In this document: positions 22,198 to 33,372 of the stretch, one piece after another | Layout: each line of letters begins with the position of its first letter | Position numbering within the stretch: position 1 is the first letter of the stretch | NCBI GenBank assembly: GCA_963713605.1 | Contig: CAVQMO010000001.1 | Coordinates: 928,001-992,000, forward strand | From: an uncultured Nitrososphaerales archaeon | Lineage (GTDB): Archaea > Thermoproteota > Nitrososphaeria > Nitrososphaerales > Nitrososphaeraceae | DNA: 64,000 nucleotides | Reading direction: 5' to 3' | Translations under genes and position numbers: made by a program | Notes under the pieces: generated by a model | Told to the model about the DNA's origin: nothing | Seen by the model: only the letters and a program-made list of their open reading frames with translations | The model's database searches: none

Positions 22198-23122
22198 TTG
22201 ATTACTATTCTTTCCGGTGGCACAGGTTCCATGAAACTAGTACCGAGGGCTTAGTAAGATTGACAACTCAATCGCAGTTATCTTGAACGTGGGCGACAAT
22301 GTATGGAAATATGGATTGTACATTTGTCCTGACATTGACACCATATTCTACGGTTTGTCAGGTCTGCTTGATGTCGCACGGGGATGGGGCATAAAGGGTG
22401 ACACATTCAACTTCATGGACCAGATTGGTGGACTAGGGCTAGAAAATTGGTTTCGAATAGGTGACCGTGACTTGGCAATCCATGTACTCAGAACAGAGCT
22501 GATTGGAAAGGGTATGACACTGACTCAGGTAACTGAATATTTTCGATCTGCATACAAGCTAAGGGCTGAGCTACTTCCAATATCTGATGATTATATCGAA
22601 ACTCGCATTGTCACGAGCCGTGGTGAAATGAATATACAGGAATTCTGGGTTAAGAATAAAGCTGTCCCCAAGGTAATCGGAGTAGCATATAAGGGAGCAA
22701 ATAATTCACGGATGACGGCCAGAGTCCTGAGACTTATACGTAGCTCAGAACGAATCATTATTGCGCCCGCCAACCCCATAAGCAGTATAGGGCCATTGCT
22801 TGCAGTCCCTGGGGTTAAGGATGAATTGGTCAAAGTCAAGACGAAGGTGATCGCAATTTCTCCCATAGAAGGCAAACAAGCATTCAGCGGACCAGCCACC
22901 AAGTATATGAAGGCCCTAAAACTGGATATATCTCCAATGGGAATAGCCAAGTATTACTCCGATATTATAGGTTCGTTTGTTATTTCGAAAGGGGACCGGG
23001 TGTATGAACGCGCGCTCAAGAGGTTGGGTTTGAATGTTTATTTTACCAATATTGCAATGAACTCATTACTTGAAGAACGCAGGCTAGCTTCGTTTGTCAC
23101 GGGCATTACTAGGGAACCATAG
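22198..23122 (+). CDS. cofD: 2-phospho-L-lactate transferase (F420 biosynthesis), frameshift near 22245
   Basis: TTG start reading (M)ITILSGGTGSMKLV, then NVGD, PDIDT, WFRIGDRDLA and NPISSIGP. Confidence 0.93.
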
Positions 23123-23130
23123 ATAGTAGC

Positions 23131-23892
23131 ATGGACACATGTGCAATTGTTCCGGTAAAGAGATTTGATCAAGCCAAATCCAGGCTTTCGGTTCTCTTGG
23201 ACAAAGAGCAACGCATCGAATTATCTGGTCTTTTATTGCAAGACACGCTGAACACCCTTTTACTCTGCCATGAATTGGCGAAAATTATTGTAGTGTCAAG
23301 CGATCCCTTGGTGAAGGAGATAACCCAGAATCTAGGATTGGAATGCTTGATTCAATCTGAAGACAAGGGCGTCAACAGTGCAGTTATGTACGCAGACAAA
23401 TTTCTGAGCGGCAGTGGGAAATGGATAAGCGTTACAATACCATGTGATTTACCACTTCTCCTTCCAAAGGATATAGACGGCGTGTGTCAGTTAATCCCTA
23501 AGAAAGGAGCTTGTGTCATTATATGCCCTTCATATAAATTCGATGGAACTAACTTGCTTGCACGGAACCCATTTAACATTATCAGCGATACTAGATATGA
23601 TAATGACAGCTTTCAGGGTCATCTTGAGTCTTCGATAAAAGCGGGGGCAAATACAAAGGTATTGCTATCCACCCGGTTAATGGTTGATCTCGATACACCT
23701 GAGGATCTGCGGCTTGTCTTGAGCAAAGATGCATCAGCAAAGAAGTCGATCTCCTACCTCTGGAAGATCAAGAAAGATCATTTTGGCGCATCTTCCGCAT
23801 CCGCCACAGTAAAAACAGGGACAAACACAAGAAAGAACCCAGACTCATCTGATCTCCCCTCGACATCAGCCAGAGACCTCCAGTGTCAGTGA
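23131..23892 (+). CDS. cofC: 2-phospho-L-lactate/PEP guanylyltransferase
   Basis: AIVPVKRFDQAKSRLS, DLPL, GTN, SF..H and DLDTPEDL. Follows cofD. Confidence 0.92.
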   Translation: MDTCAIVPVKRFDQAKSRLSVLLDKEQRIELSGLLLQDTLNTLLLCHELAKIIVVSSDPLVKEITQNLGLECLIQSEDKGVNSAVMYADKFLSGSGKWISVTIPCDLPLLLPKDIDGVCQLIPKKGACVIICPSYKFDGTNLLARNPFNIISDTRYDNDSFQGHLESSIKAGANTKVLLSTRLMVDLDTPEDLRLVLSKDASAKKSISYLWKIKKDHFGASSASATVKTGTNTRKNPDSSDLPSTSARDLQCQ

Positions 23893-24554
23893 TCCAATAT
23901 TATATGCATCCAAACGCAACCCTTCTTGTAGACTGTCTTTGCGCCATCTGTGAAGGGACCATGACTTTCGATGACTTCAGGGATTCAGCAGGCATAAGAG
24001 GTGTGACTGTTGCGAATGAAATCCTGAAATTCCTGGTAGAGAGAGGGATAGGCAAGCGCCCTAGCAGAGCACTTCTTTCATTCACGTCGACTGATAGATT
24101 GAAAACGTCAATTTTAGCAGTCAAATTAGGCGCTGACATCATGAAAATCTCCCAATATCTGTCTTGGCAAGACTTCGAGATGTTCGCATCAGAGATTTTG
24201 CTCAACTGTGGGTTCCAAACTATGAACAATGTTAGATTCACCAAGCCCCGAGCAGAGATCGATATTGTTGCTACCAAATCTCAGTTAAGCCTATCTGTCG
24301 ACTGCAAACATTGGGCCAACAATGGGCGTAGTGCACTAATTGAACACTCTCGGAGACAGATTCAAAGAACAGAGCGATTACTTAGTAGTCCATTTGGATT
24401 TAGAAATGTAGTTCCTGTGTTGCTCACCATTTATCCGAACTTTCAACCTTGCAATTCCAATCTTGTTCCTATTGTTGACATAAACAAGTTTCGGTGCTTT
24501 GTAAATGAAATAGAGTACAATATGGATAAAGTACTCTGTATAAGCAGAGACTAG
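23883..24554 (+). CDS. Mrr-like restriction-endonuclease-fold protein with N-terminal HTH-like region
   Basis: WQDFEMFASEIL...GF, EIDIVA and VDCKHW form a PD-(D/E)XK signature. Confidence 0.75.
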   Translation: MSVIQYYMHPNATLLVDCLCAICEGTMTFDDFRDSAGIRGVTVANEILKFLVERGIGKRPSRALLSFTSTDRLKTSILAVKLGADIMKISQYLSWQDFEMFASEILLNCGFQTMNNVRFTKPRAEIDIVATKSQLSLSVDCKHWANNGRSALIEHSRRQIQRTERLLSSPFGFRNVVPVLLTIYPNFQPCNSNLVPIVDINKFRCFVNEIEYNMDKVLCISRD

Positions 24555-24611
24555 ATCTGACCAAGAGTTATTCTTGATTCAGAATTCCGGATTTAAATTA
24601 CTGTTGTAAGT

Positions 24612-25097
24612 TTATACATTTAGCAGTTTGTGGGCTTCCCAAATTTTGTCGCTTATATAATGCACCGTCTGGATAACATAGCCTTTCTGTTCTGCAACCG
24701 CCTTGTCGCTATCAATTAATGCTATACCAACGGCCAAGGGTTTGCTATGTACTTCGTCCTTAATCACAACTATGCTTCCCTTTTCAAAGTTATCAAATGC
24801 CGTAATTCCAGGTCTTGTCACCTTTGCTCCATTGCAGACAAAGCGAACGGCTCCCATATCGACCGTAATTGAAGGGAATCGAGCCAGGAGCGAGATGTCT
24901 CCAAGAAAGGGAACAATGTACTTCTCCTTGCCTACTTGAACTGCAGTAAATTCGTCAGTTTTGTAGAAAGATTCGTCACCGTCTACTTGGTATTCTTTAA
25001 TAGTCTTCATTTTAGGAACAATATTCGTGGGCCAGGAAGCCTCGATCCTCTTGACGAGCAATGCTGTGTCTCGTTTAGAGAGAAAGGTCGACTTCAT
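24612..25097 (-). CDS. PUA-domain RNA-binding protein (MCT-1/Tma20-like)
   Basis: VDMGAVRFVCNGA.V.RPGI, KPLAVG and HYISDKIW. Confidence 0.9.
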   Translation of the reverse strand: MKSTFLSKRDTALLVKRIEASWPTNIVPKMKTIKEYQVDGDESFYKTDEFTAVQVGKEKYIVPFLGDISLLARFPSITVDMGAVRFVCNGAKVTRPGITAFDNFEKGSIVVIKDEVHSKPLAVGIALIDSDKAVAEQKGYVIQTVHYISDKIWEAHKLLNV

Positions 25098-25137
25098 ATG
25101 ATTCTGACTTTTAACCTAATCATAATTCCAGTAGTCC

Positions 25138-26317
25138 TTAGTTTCTCTCTGTTCTGTTATTGATAGGTATGTATTCACAGCCCATGGGTCCACAATATTT
25201 ACCAACATACAAAGCTTTCGGTCTGTATAGTGCGGGTCTAGGAGCAGCTTCAGCAAATTTTTCTTCAATAATGTGACTAGTCCATCCTGCAATCCTGGAA
25301 AGGGCAAAGATAGGAGTATTGAGCTCGATTGGTATTCCCATACTATAATACAATGACGCACTGTAAAGATCCACATTTGGATATATTGGTTGTTTCTTGT
25401 GTTCTCTCATATACTTCCTAGTGGTATCCTCTACCTGAGCTGTGATATCGTACCAGGGTGTACTTCTTTTTCTTGAGATGATTTTTGATAGCCTCGCCAG
25501 AATATCTGCTCTAGGATCGGTTGTCTTGTAGACAGCGTGACCCATACCCATAACCCTCTCTCCACGATCGAGTCTGGTCTTCACCCATGTATCGACTTTA
25601 CCCACCCTTCCTATTTCGAGAAGCATTTTCATTACCTGTATGTTTGCTCCACCATGCAATTCTCCAGAGAGCGCGCCAATTGCACCCCCAATGCAGGCGT
25701 ACATATGTGCCCTTGTAGATGCAATTTCTCGTGCTGCGAATGTAGAAGCATTGAAACTATGTTCGGCATGGAGAATTAAAGAAATGTCAAATATTCTAGA
25801 TTCCTCTTTAGACGGCATTTCTCCTGTCAGCATGTAAAGAAAGTTAGATGCATGATTCGCGCTATCGCCAAGTGGTTCTACAGCCTCATTTCCCTTTCTA
25901 ATTCGGTCCCATGCTGCCAACAAGCGTCGCAATCTTAGCTGTCAGTTTTATCGCCCTCTTGAGGTTTGCTTCCTTATCATCGCTGGTCATGTCAGGATCG
26001 TAATCTGGTAGCTCCGAGATAGTCGATTGAATCACATCCATAGGTCTGGCTGTTTTTGGTCTATTCTTCATATTATCGGTGACGGATTGTGGAATATGCC
26101 TTTCACTAGATAATTGCTCGGAAAACTCTTTGAGATTGTCTTTGTCTGGCAAGTCTCCGAAGAGCAAAAGGTAGGACGTTTCTTCAAATGTAGAATGGTT
26201 GACAAGATCAAAGATATCATAGCCACGATAAATGAGTTTACCATTTTCACCATCAATAGAGCAGATCTTAGTATCTGCAACTTCAATATTTCTTAAACCG
26301 ATATTCCTTGTATCCAT
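25138..26317 (-). CDS. gltA: citrate synthase, frameshift near 25920
   Basis: GLRNI, LIYRGYDI, HAEHSFNASTF, LHGGAN, MGMGHAVYKTTDPR and YPNVD. Confidence 0.95.
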
Positions 26318-26657
26318 CTGATAACTCTTGGTTTTTCTCACTTTCTATATTAAAGTAATGCACATATGAATTCTTCCAATATTCCTCTAACGTGAAGAAA
26401 CTAATCAAGAAGAATGCCAGTATATTTTGAAGTATCTGGAAAACTAAAACGCCGATGATTGACGCATCTTGCTCAAAGCGTTTTGTCTGCTTTCTAGTCA
26501 GATTTTGTAGAAACGCCTTCTGTGTTCTATCCATAAATCCCTGTGTTTTAGCAACGAAAAGTATGCTTTGAAAATATGCTCAATTAGTAACAAACCGATG
26601 ACCTTACACGCAGAGAACATATCACTTTTAAGTAGGTCATGGAAGTGAACTAGTACA

Positions 26658-27446
26658 ATGGTCTTTGGTAGGGACATTAGACTCAACCGGATCTTAAGGG
26701 ATGGAAAAATGGTGTGTATTCCCATGGATCATGGGATTACCAATGGTCCAATATCCGGCTTGGAGGATGTTCACGGCGTCATATATGATTACCAAGACGC
26801 AGGATTGACTTGCGTCTTAATTAACAAAGGGATCATTAAATCGATGCCAAGGCCTCCTAAAATAGGATTGATTGCTCATCTCTCGGCTAGCACGGTATTA
26901 GGACCTTCTCCAAATCGAAAGATACTCATAGGTAATGTAGAAGAGGCCATCAGGCTTGGTGCCGATGCCGTATCCATACATTTGAATATTGGTTCCAAAG
27001 AAGAGCCAGAGATGCTGCAAAAATTAGGGATCATCTCTGACCAATGTGATGAATGGAGTGTTCCATTGGTAGCGATGATGTACCCTAGAGGAGAAAATAT
27101 TAAGGATCCACATGACCCAGCAATCGTCGCGCATGCTGCCAGGATAGGTGCGGAAGGGGGTGCTGACATGATTAAGACGGTATATACGGGAGATATTGAC
27201 TCGTTTAGAAATGTAGTTAAATCCTGCCCAGTACCAATAGTAATAGCTGGAGGTCCTAAGGCAACCAGTGACGCAGAGATCATGCAGCTATGTTACGATG
27301 CGATGGAAGCTGGAGCTAAAGGGATTACGTTTGGTCGAAATATTTTTCAACACAAGGACCCCTTCATGATAATTAAATTGCTAACAGAGATTGTCATATC
27401 TGGAAAAACTCCTGAAGAGGCGAGAATTATTTCTGCACACAAATAA
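26658..27446 (+). CDS. 2-amino-3,7-dideoxy-D-threo-hept-6-ulosonate synthase (AroA', DhnA-type aldolase)
   Basis: PMDHG, MMYPRG, GADMIKTVY, AGGPK and GRNIFQ. Immediately upstream of DHQ synthase II. Confidence 0.9.
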   Translation: MVFGRDIRLNRILRDGKMVCIPMDHGITNGPISGLEDVHGVIYDYQDAGLTCVLINKGIIKSMPRPPKIGLIAHLSASTVLGPSPNRKILIGNVEEAIRLGADAVSIHLNIGSKEEPEMLQKLGIISDQCDEWSVPLVAMMYPRGENIKDPHDPAIVAHAARIGAEGGADMIKTVYTGDIDSFRNVVKSCPVPIVIAGGPKATSDAEIMQLCYDAMEAGAKGITFGRNIFQHKDPFMIIKLLTEIVISGKTPEEARIISAHK

Positions 27447-28495
27447 AAATAAGGTTCTAATCATCAAGCCGGACTTCAACGAAATTGATGCTAGCCGATT
27501 TTTTAAAGCCATTCCTAGTCAACACATCGTCTATGCGAATCCGGAGCTGAGTACGCGGGTCACATGCCAAAACAATGTATGAATCAACGGAGGCCGATTA
27601 TGTAGTATTTCGGGAGATTGACCAACTCAGAGAGTTTCATGACCCTGAGAAAGTCAAAGGATTTTACAAAAAGATAGTGAGCAATAAAGATTTAGATCAA
27701 ATCCTCAAAGCTGCCGAAGTGGGTGCCAATTTTATTATCGTAGATACACAGGATTGGAGGATCATACCACTTGAGAATGTAATAGCAACTTTGCAGAGGA
27801 CAAACACAAGAATATATGCTCCGGCGTCAAGTTCTAAGGAGATAAGGACTCTTTTCTCTGTTTTAGAGCTAGGAGTAGATGGTGTGATCCTAACAACCCG
27901 AGATCCTAATGACATAGAAGGTGCCGCGCAGTTGATGGATCCTAATAATTTGAGCGTTAGTATATTGAAGATACAAGAAGTCAGAGACGCTGGAATAGGA
28001 GAACGCGTTTGCATTGATACAGCCTCAATTCTAGGAATGGGAGAAGGGGTCTTGGTGGGCAGCAAATCGAACTTTCTTTTTCTGATACACAACGAATCTC
28101 AAGGCTCTTCATTTACATCACCTCGACCATTTAGGGTCAATGCGGGTGCTGTTTACTGCTATACCTTAGTCCCTGGCGAGAAAACAAAATACCTTTCAGA
28201 GATTGAATCAGGATCTGAGGTCCTTGTTATTGGCAAAGGTGGAAGAGTCAGAGTCGTTACTGTTGGTCGCTCAAAAATTGAAACAAGACCTCTTACTATG
28301 ATTGTGGGCGAATCGAACGGCCAAAGAGGTACGGTTATTCTTCAAAATGCAGAAACTATTCAATTGATAGGGGAGGACGGTTCATTGATTCCAGTCACCG
28401 ATCTGAAGGTTGGTGACTCCGTGCTTGGAGTTGTTCAGCCTAGCTCGGGGAGACATTTTGGAATGGAAGTATCGGAATATGTATTAGAGAAATAA
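27391..28495 (+). CDS. 3-dehydroquinate synthase II (AroB'), N-terminal frameshift; start approximate
   Basis: DWRIIPLEN, LELGVDG, GERVCIDT, RPFRVNAG, GRSKIETRPL, LQNAETI and GRHFG. Confidence 0.93.
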
Positions 28496-28541
28496 ATTGT
28501 GTAAATAATAATACCTTGGAGAGTCCATTTTTTTAAAGCAT

Positions 28542-29450
28542 TTGGAATATCTCCACACGGTTAAAGTAGACTGCTATATGCTAGTCCAGAAGAATCCATT
28601 GGATGATATTATTGCCGGGGATTGTAAGAACATATTGTCATGCATCCCAGAAGGCTCAGTTCAAGTAACAGTTACTTCCCCACCTTACAGAAACGCAATC
28701 GATTATGATATGCATGCTTCAGGAACAGGGGGATACTACAGAGGCAAGCATCAAATAGAAACAGATCAGTATCTACTCGAGATGCAAGAAATCTTTAACG
28801 AAAAGATCTACCGGGCGACTAAAGAGGGTGGATACTGTTGTATAGTAATAGGAAATGAAGTGGTAAACGGGACCATCTTACCTCTGCCACATATGTTACT
28901 TTCGAAACTTGTTCAGCCATTTGGTAACTGGCATTTGCATGAAGAAATTATTTGGCATAAGGTTACTGGGGGCACCAACAGGTATGGGTCTTTTGTGATG
29001 AATCCATATCCAAAATATTTCAGGGCTAATATTATGCACGAGTTTATTCTTGTTTTGAGAAAGGGTGATGTCTCAGTAGGGAGAAGAAGGAAGGAGGCCT
29101 TGCCAGCTACTCATGAAGAATGGACGAAGGAAATTGCTAATTCGATTTGGCATATAACTCCAATTCCTCCCGGGTACATACGTCATCCCTGTCCATTTCC
29201 AGAAGAAATTCCATACAGATTAATGAAGTTGTATTCATACAAAGGTGATACAGTTCTAGATCCGTTTAATGGTAGCGGACAAACTACAAAAGTCGCATCT
29301 CATTTTGGACGCCATTTTATTGGAATTGAGATAATTGAGGATTATGTGAAACTTGCACTTGCGAGGCTAAATGAGGAAAAACTGCACATCCGTCCCGAGG
29401 CACTAATAGCCAAGTGGAAGAAGATTCCATCCCACTGCACATCACGATAG
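28542..29450 (+). CDS. N4-cytosine/N6-adenine DNA methyltransferase, beta-class motif order, no adjacent endonuclease
   Basis: Catalytic TSPPY near the N-terminus, then IIW.K, HE.I, SIW, HPCPFP and the SAM motif VLDPFNGSGQT near the C-terminus. Confidence 0.92.
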   Translation: MEYLHTVKVDCYMLVQKNPLDDIIAGDCKNILSCIPEGSVQVTVTSPPYRNAIDYDMHASGTGGYYRGKHQIETDQYLLEMQEIFNEKIYRATKEGGYCCIVIGNEVVNGTILPLPHMLLSKLVQPFGNWHLHEEIIWHKVTGGTNRYGSFVMNPYPKYFRANIMHEFILVLRKGDVSVGRRRKEALPATHEEWTKEIANSIWHITPIPPGYIRHPCPFPEEIPYRLMKLYSYKGDTVLDPFNGSGQTTKVASHFGRHFIGIEIIEDYVKLALARLNEEKLHIRPEALIAKWKKIPSHCTSR

Positions 29451-29587
29451 TTTAACCCAACCTTTTCGGCATGAGTAATTTTCATTAACCTACTTGTGTC
29501 TAGGACGCTGGAGGTTACCTAACACTATTTCTTCTTTATTGATGGCAGCTCAAAAATATATGTTCAAGAGATTCCAATAGTCCTAAG

Positions 29588-30286
29588 ATGAAGATTTGCG
29601 CATCCATAACGGAGATAGAATCCAAAGAATTCCGTAAATCTGCTGTTCGAGCATTTGATATGGGAGCCAGTTTTCTGGAGATTAGGTTTGATTATATCGC
29701 GACTAACAGGTTTTCTGAAGCATTAGCCGCAGTTCGACCATTCAGAGCAAAATGCATCTACACGTTAAGAAGGATTGGCCAAGGTGGAAAATTTGACGGA
29801 TCCGAAATACAGCGTCTTAGCTATTTGAGAGAATTAGCCAGCGAACTACCAATGATGATTGACGTGGAGTATGAGACCTTACAAGAATGTCCTGAAATTG
29901 GCACCTTTATCAAGTCATTAAAAATACCAATGCTTTTGTCCTGGCATGACTTTAAGTCAACACCCTCGGCAAATGAATTGTCAGAATTATTGGTTCTGAT
30001 GAACTCCTATAGCAATAATAATAAACTGGTTACTATGGCCAATTCTTTAGAAGACACACTGAGAATTTTGAACCTCTACGAAACTGTCGACAAGTCGGTG
30101 AATCTTGTGGCATTCTGCATGGGAGAGATTGGGTTAGTTTCAAGGGTGCTCTGTGCTTTGCAATCTAATTGTCCGTTCACTTACGCCTCACTTGATCGGC
30201 CTGTGGCTCCTGGTCAGTTTACGATAGAACAAATGAAAAAGTTGCATAGAATGATTATTCGGGACGATTCCCACGACGGAGGTTGA
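29588..30286 (+). CDS. aroD: type I 3-dehydroquinate dehydratase
   Basis: EIRFD, YTLRR..QGG, IDVE, SWHDF, FCMGEIG..SR and APGQ. Confidence 0.92.
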   Translation: MKICASITEIESKEFRKSAVRAFDMGASFLEIRFDYIATNRFSEALAAVRPFRAKCIYTLRRIGQGGKFDGSEIQRLSYLRELASELPMMIDVEYETLQECPEIGTFIKSLKIPMLLSWHDFKSTPSANELSELLVLMNSYSNNNKLVTMANSLEDTLRILNLYETVDKSVNLVAFCMGEIGLVSRVLCALQSNCPFTYASLDRPVAPGQFTIEQMKKLHRMIIRDDSHDGG

Positions 30287-30290
30287 AGAG

Positions 30291-31124
30291 ATGAGGACAT
30301 ATTGCATAATTGGTGATCCTGTGAGTCATTCACTATCCCCTGCAATGCACAACGCAGCTTTCAAATCGTTATCCCTGGACAATGTTTATATCGCATATAA
30401 GGTTTCATCTCATGAACTTGCATCCTCTGTCGAATCATTAAGATCCGTCAAGATATCAGGATTCAATGTTACGATTCCTCACAAAACAGCGGTGTTGCAG
30501 TACCTAGACGAAGTTGATCTCCTCTCGCGCCAGGCAGGGGCGGTTAACACTGTACTAAATATTGATGGTAAATTCAAAGGCTTTAATACTGACATTCAAG
30601 GTTTTCTCCAGCCCCTTCTTAACTGCGGAATAAATTTCAATGGTTTGTCAGTACTCCTCTTCGGCGCGGGAGGTTCAGCTAGGGCTGTTGTCACATCCTT
30701 GTCTAATGTCAGAGGTATTTCTAAATTAGTTGTTGCCAACAGAACTTATAGCAAATCATTGGAACTGTCTAAACTAGCAGACCTCGGCGGATTGACCTGC
30801 TCAGTCTCAATGATTGAAGAAGCGAAAGTAATGGCAAAACGTTTCGATCTCATAGTAAACGCCACATCTGTGGGGTTACAATCGAATGAATCAATTTTGG
30901 ATAGTGAAGATATTGATGGGAGCAGCACAATATACGATTTGGTATATAGACCTGTTATGACCAAGCTCTTGGAAAACGCTCAGGAAAAAGGAGCAAGGGT
31001 CATTTACGGATATGAAATGTTGCTTGAACAAGGAGCTCGGGCATTTGAGATTTGGACAGGGTTGAAAGCACCTATCCCTGCCATGAAAAAAGCTCTATTT
31101 GGGGTATTTCAAGAGCCAAAATGA
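30291..31124 (+). CDS. aroE: shikimate dehydrogenase
   Basis: GDPVSHSLSP, NVTIPHK, GAVNT, NTD, GAGGSA and NATSVG. Confidence 0.96.
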   Translation: MRTYCIIGDPVSHSLSPAMHNAAFKSLSLDNVYIAYKVSSHELASSVESLRSVKISGFNVTIPHKTAVLQYLDEVDLLSRQAGAVNTVLNIDGKFKGFNTDIQGFLQPLLNCGINFNGLSVLLFGAGGSARAVVTSLSNVRGISKLVVANRTYSKSLELSKLADLGGLTCSVSMIEEAKVMAKRFDLIVNATSVGLQSNESILDSEDIDGSSTIYDLVYRPVMTKLLENAQEKGARVIYGYEMLLEQGARAFEIWTGLKAPIPAMKKALFGVFQEPK

Positions 31125-31975
31125 ATAGATCAATTCGTGTAACTATGCACGGAGCTGTGTCTGTTGTGAATGCAGTGGCAAATGGTCATGGGTCTGCTTT
31201 GGGGATATCACTTAAAGTGGTCGCAGATTTGTCTATCTCTGCAGGAAAAGGAGTTTATTTGCAGTCTAAGCAAGGTGAGAAGCTACTCAACACACTCGTT
31301 AGGAGAGCGTTACCAAAGACTGTACTGTTAGATCATAAAGTTCGAATTGAGATCAAATCAGAGATTCCTGTTGGATTTGGATTGAAGAGCTCCAGCGCAG
31401 TATCAAGCGCAGTTGCGCTGGCAATTCAGAAGTTCCTCGGTGAAGAGATCGATGATGCAAAAGTACTTAATCAATCTGCCGATGTTTCAATTGACGCTGG
31501 CGTTTCATTGACAGGAGCCTTCGATGATTCAGCTGCCTGTTATTTTGGTGGATTTGTAGTTACCGATAATTTTTCTAGAAAGCTCATAAGAAGAGAACTT
31601 GCTTCAGAGAACCTTTCTGCAATTATTTTACTTCCAGCTCGTGTATCGAGAGGGAATTTATTTAATTTATACCTTGCTCCAGAAATATTCGATCTAGCAT
31701 TTAAGATGGCATCGGAAGGAGACTATTGGAAAGCAATGAAGCTTAACGGAATGGCAGTCGGAGCGCTATTGGGTAACGATTATACTCCTGTCATATCGGC
31801 GATCAAGGAGCATGCCCTTTCTGCGGGGATCTCAGGAAATGGACCATCAGTAGTGGCAATTGCTGACTCTAAGCACCTCAAGGCTTTGACGTCATCTCTG
31901 TCCAGCTTCGAGGGCCAGGTATTAATATCAAAGGTTAACAATCAAAAGGCAACAGTAGAAGACTTCGATGGTTAA
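31121..31975 (+). CDS. aroK: archaeal shikimate kinase (GHMP family)
   Basis: GAVSVVNA, IPVGFGLKSSSA, TGAFDD and SGNGPS. The ATG at 31121 overlaps the aroE stop. Confidence 0.93.
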   Translation: MNRSIRVTMHGAVSVVNAVANGHGSALGISLKVVADLSISAGKGVYLQSKQGEKLLNTLVRRALPKTVLLDHKVRIEIKSEIPVGFGLKSSSAVSSAVALAIQKFLGEEIDDAKVLNQSADVSIDAGVSLTGAFDDSAACYFGGFVVTDNFSRKLIRRELASENLSAIILLPARVSRGNLFNLYLAPEIFDLAFKMASEGDYWKAMKLNGMAVGALLGNDYTPVISAIKEHALSAGISGNGPSVVAIADSKHLKALTSSLSSFEGQVLISKVNNQKATVEDFDG

Positions 31976-33269
31976 GATATCTATCCAAAGATCACAACTG
32001 AGTGGAACAGCAAGGTGCCCATCAAGCAAGAGTTACACACATAGGGCCGTATTTTTAGCAGCCCTTTCAGAAGGGGAGTCCAGAATCCATGATCCCTTAA
32101 TTTCAAGAGACACTCTTTCCTCTATAAATGCCTGTAGAGCTTTGGGACCACAAATTCTTCATGAAGGATCTTCGTTACGGATTATAGGAACAGCTCTAAA
32201 AGCACCAGATAATGTCATAGATGCAGGAAACTCAGGAACAACAATTAGAATAGCTACATCGGTTTGTTCTCTGATTGAATCAGGGTATAGTGTATTGACC
32301 GGAGATAGGAGCCTAAGAACACGTCCCATGGGTCCTCTCCTTTTCTCGCTTGGGAAATTAGGTGTTGATTGCTTCTCTACAAAATTAGATTGTACTGCGC
32401 CAATCGTCATAAAGGGGGGCGGGTTGAAAGGAGGGAATGTAACCATAAATGGTTCCATTTCGAGTCAATTCGTGTCATCTCTACTTATTACAGCAGTTCG
32501 AGCCAGTAATGATGTGTCGATAGGAGTTGAGGGAGAATTAGTCTCACGCCCCTATATCATGTCAACTATGGCCACAATGGAAAAATTTGGGGTCGAAGTT
32601 GAACATGATAATGATCTAAGAAATTTTAGCGTAAAGAGTGGCACCTACTCTCCTGGTATATTCCACATTCCCTCTGATCTTTCTTCAGCATCAATGATGG
32701 TGGCAGCCGGAGTTTTGGTAGGTAAGGATAAAATTCAATTGTCGGGTTTGAACTTTGACTTACCTCAAGGAGATTCTAAGATTTTCAGTATTGTTGAACA
32801 AATGAATGGCAGGATCGTAGTGGACACTTTCAAAGGCGAGTTGTTTGTTGAAAAGTCAGAAAGGTTGGATGGAGGGGAGTTTGATTTGAAAGACAGTCCT
32901 GATCTTTTGCCCGTAGTCTCAATCCTGGCACTTAAAGCGAAAAGCCCTGTTATAATAAACGGAATCTCTCATGCTAGATACAAGGAGACGGATAGAGTCA
33001 AGAACATCACAACCGAACTAAGGAAGCTAGGAGCGACGGTATCCGAAACCCAGAACTCGATTTCAATACGACCTCCAGAGGTCGTCAAAAATGCTTCGTT
33101 AGAGTCCTTCGATGATCACCGTTTATTCATGGCACTAGCTATTGCATCTCTACTGACCAATCATTCTACGTTGAATGGCGCAGAGTCAGTAGATGTATCA
33201 TATCCAAGTTTTCTAGAAGACCTTACAAGGATGGGAGCCAATATTTCAGTATGTTCAGACAAAAACTAA
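31968..33269 (+). CDS. aroA: EPSP synthase
   Basis: PSSKSYTHR, GNSGTT, SLRTRPM, SSQFVSS, RYKETDR and DDHR. Confidence 0.96.
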   Translation: MVKISIQRSQLSGTARCPSSKSYTHRAVFLAALSEGESRIHDPLISRDTLSSINACRALGPQILHEGSSLRIIGTALKAPDNVIDAGNSGTTIRIATSVCSLIESGYSVLTGDRSLRTRPMGPLLFSLGKLGVDCFSTKLDCTAPIVIKGGGLKGGNVTINGSISSQFVSSLLITAVRASNDVSIGVEGELVSRPYIMSTMATMEKFGVEVEHDNDLRNFSVKSGTYSPGIFHIPSDLSSASMMVAAGVLVGKDKIQLSGLNFDLPQGDSKIFSIVEQMNGRIVVDTFKGELFVEKSERLDGGEFDLKDSPDLLPVVSILALKAKSPVIINGISHARYKETDRVKNITTELRKLGATVSETQNSISIRPPEVVKNASLESFDDHRLFMALAIASLLTNHSTLNGAESVDVSYPSFLEDLTRMGANISVCSDKN

Positions 33270-33372
33270 TAGAGGCTCCAACCTTTCTGAGCATTGTCTC
33301 ATCCCTCTTGGTCAGAATATTCGCCCTAACATACATTAAACACATGTGGGTATTGAATGGAGCAATCTAGTC

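Noticed and set aside
23883..29450. Mrr-like nuclease plus DNA MTase as one restriction-modification system
   Set aside because: They are separated by four unrelated housekeeping genes and nothing in the sequence links them.
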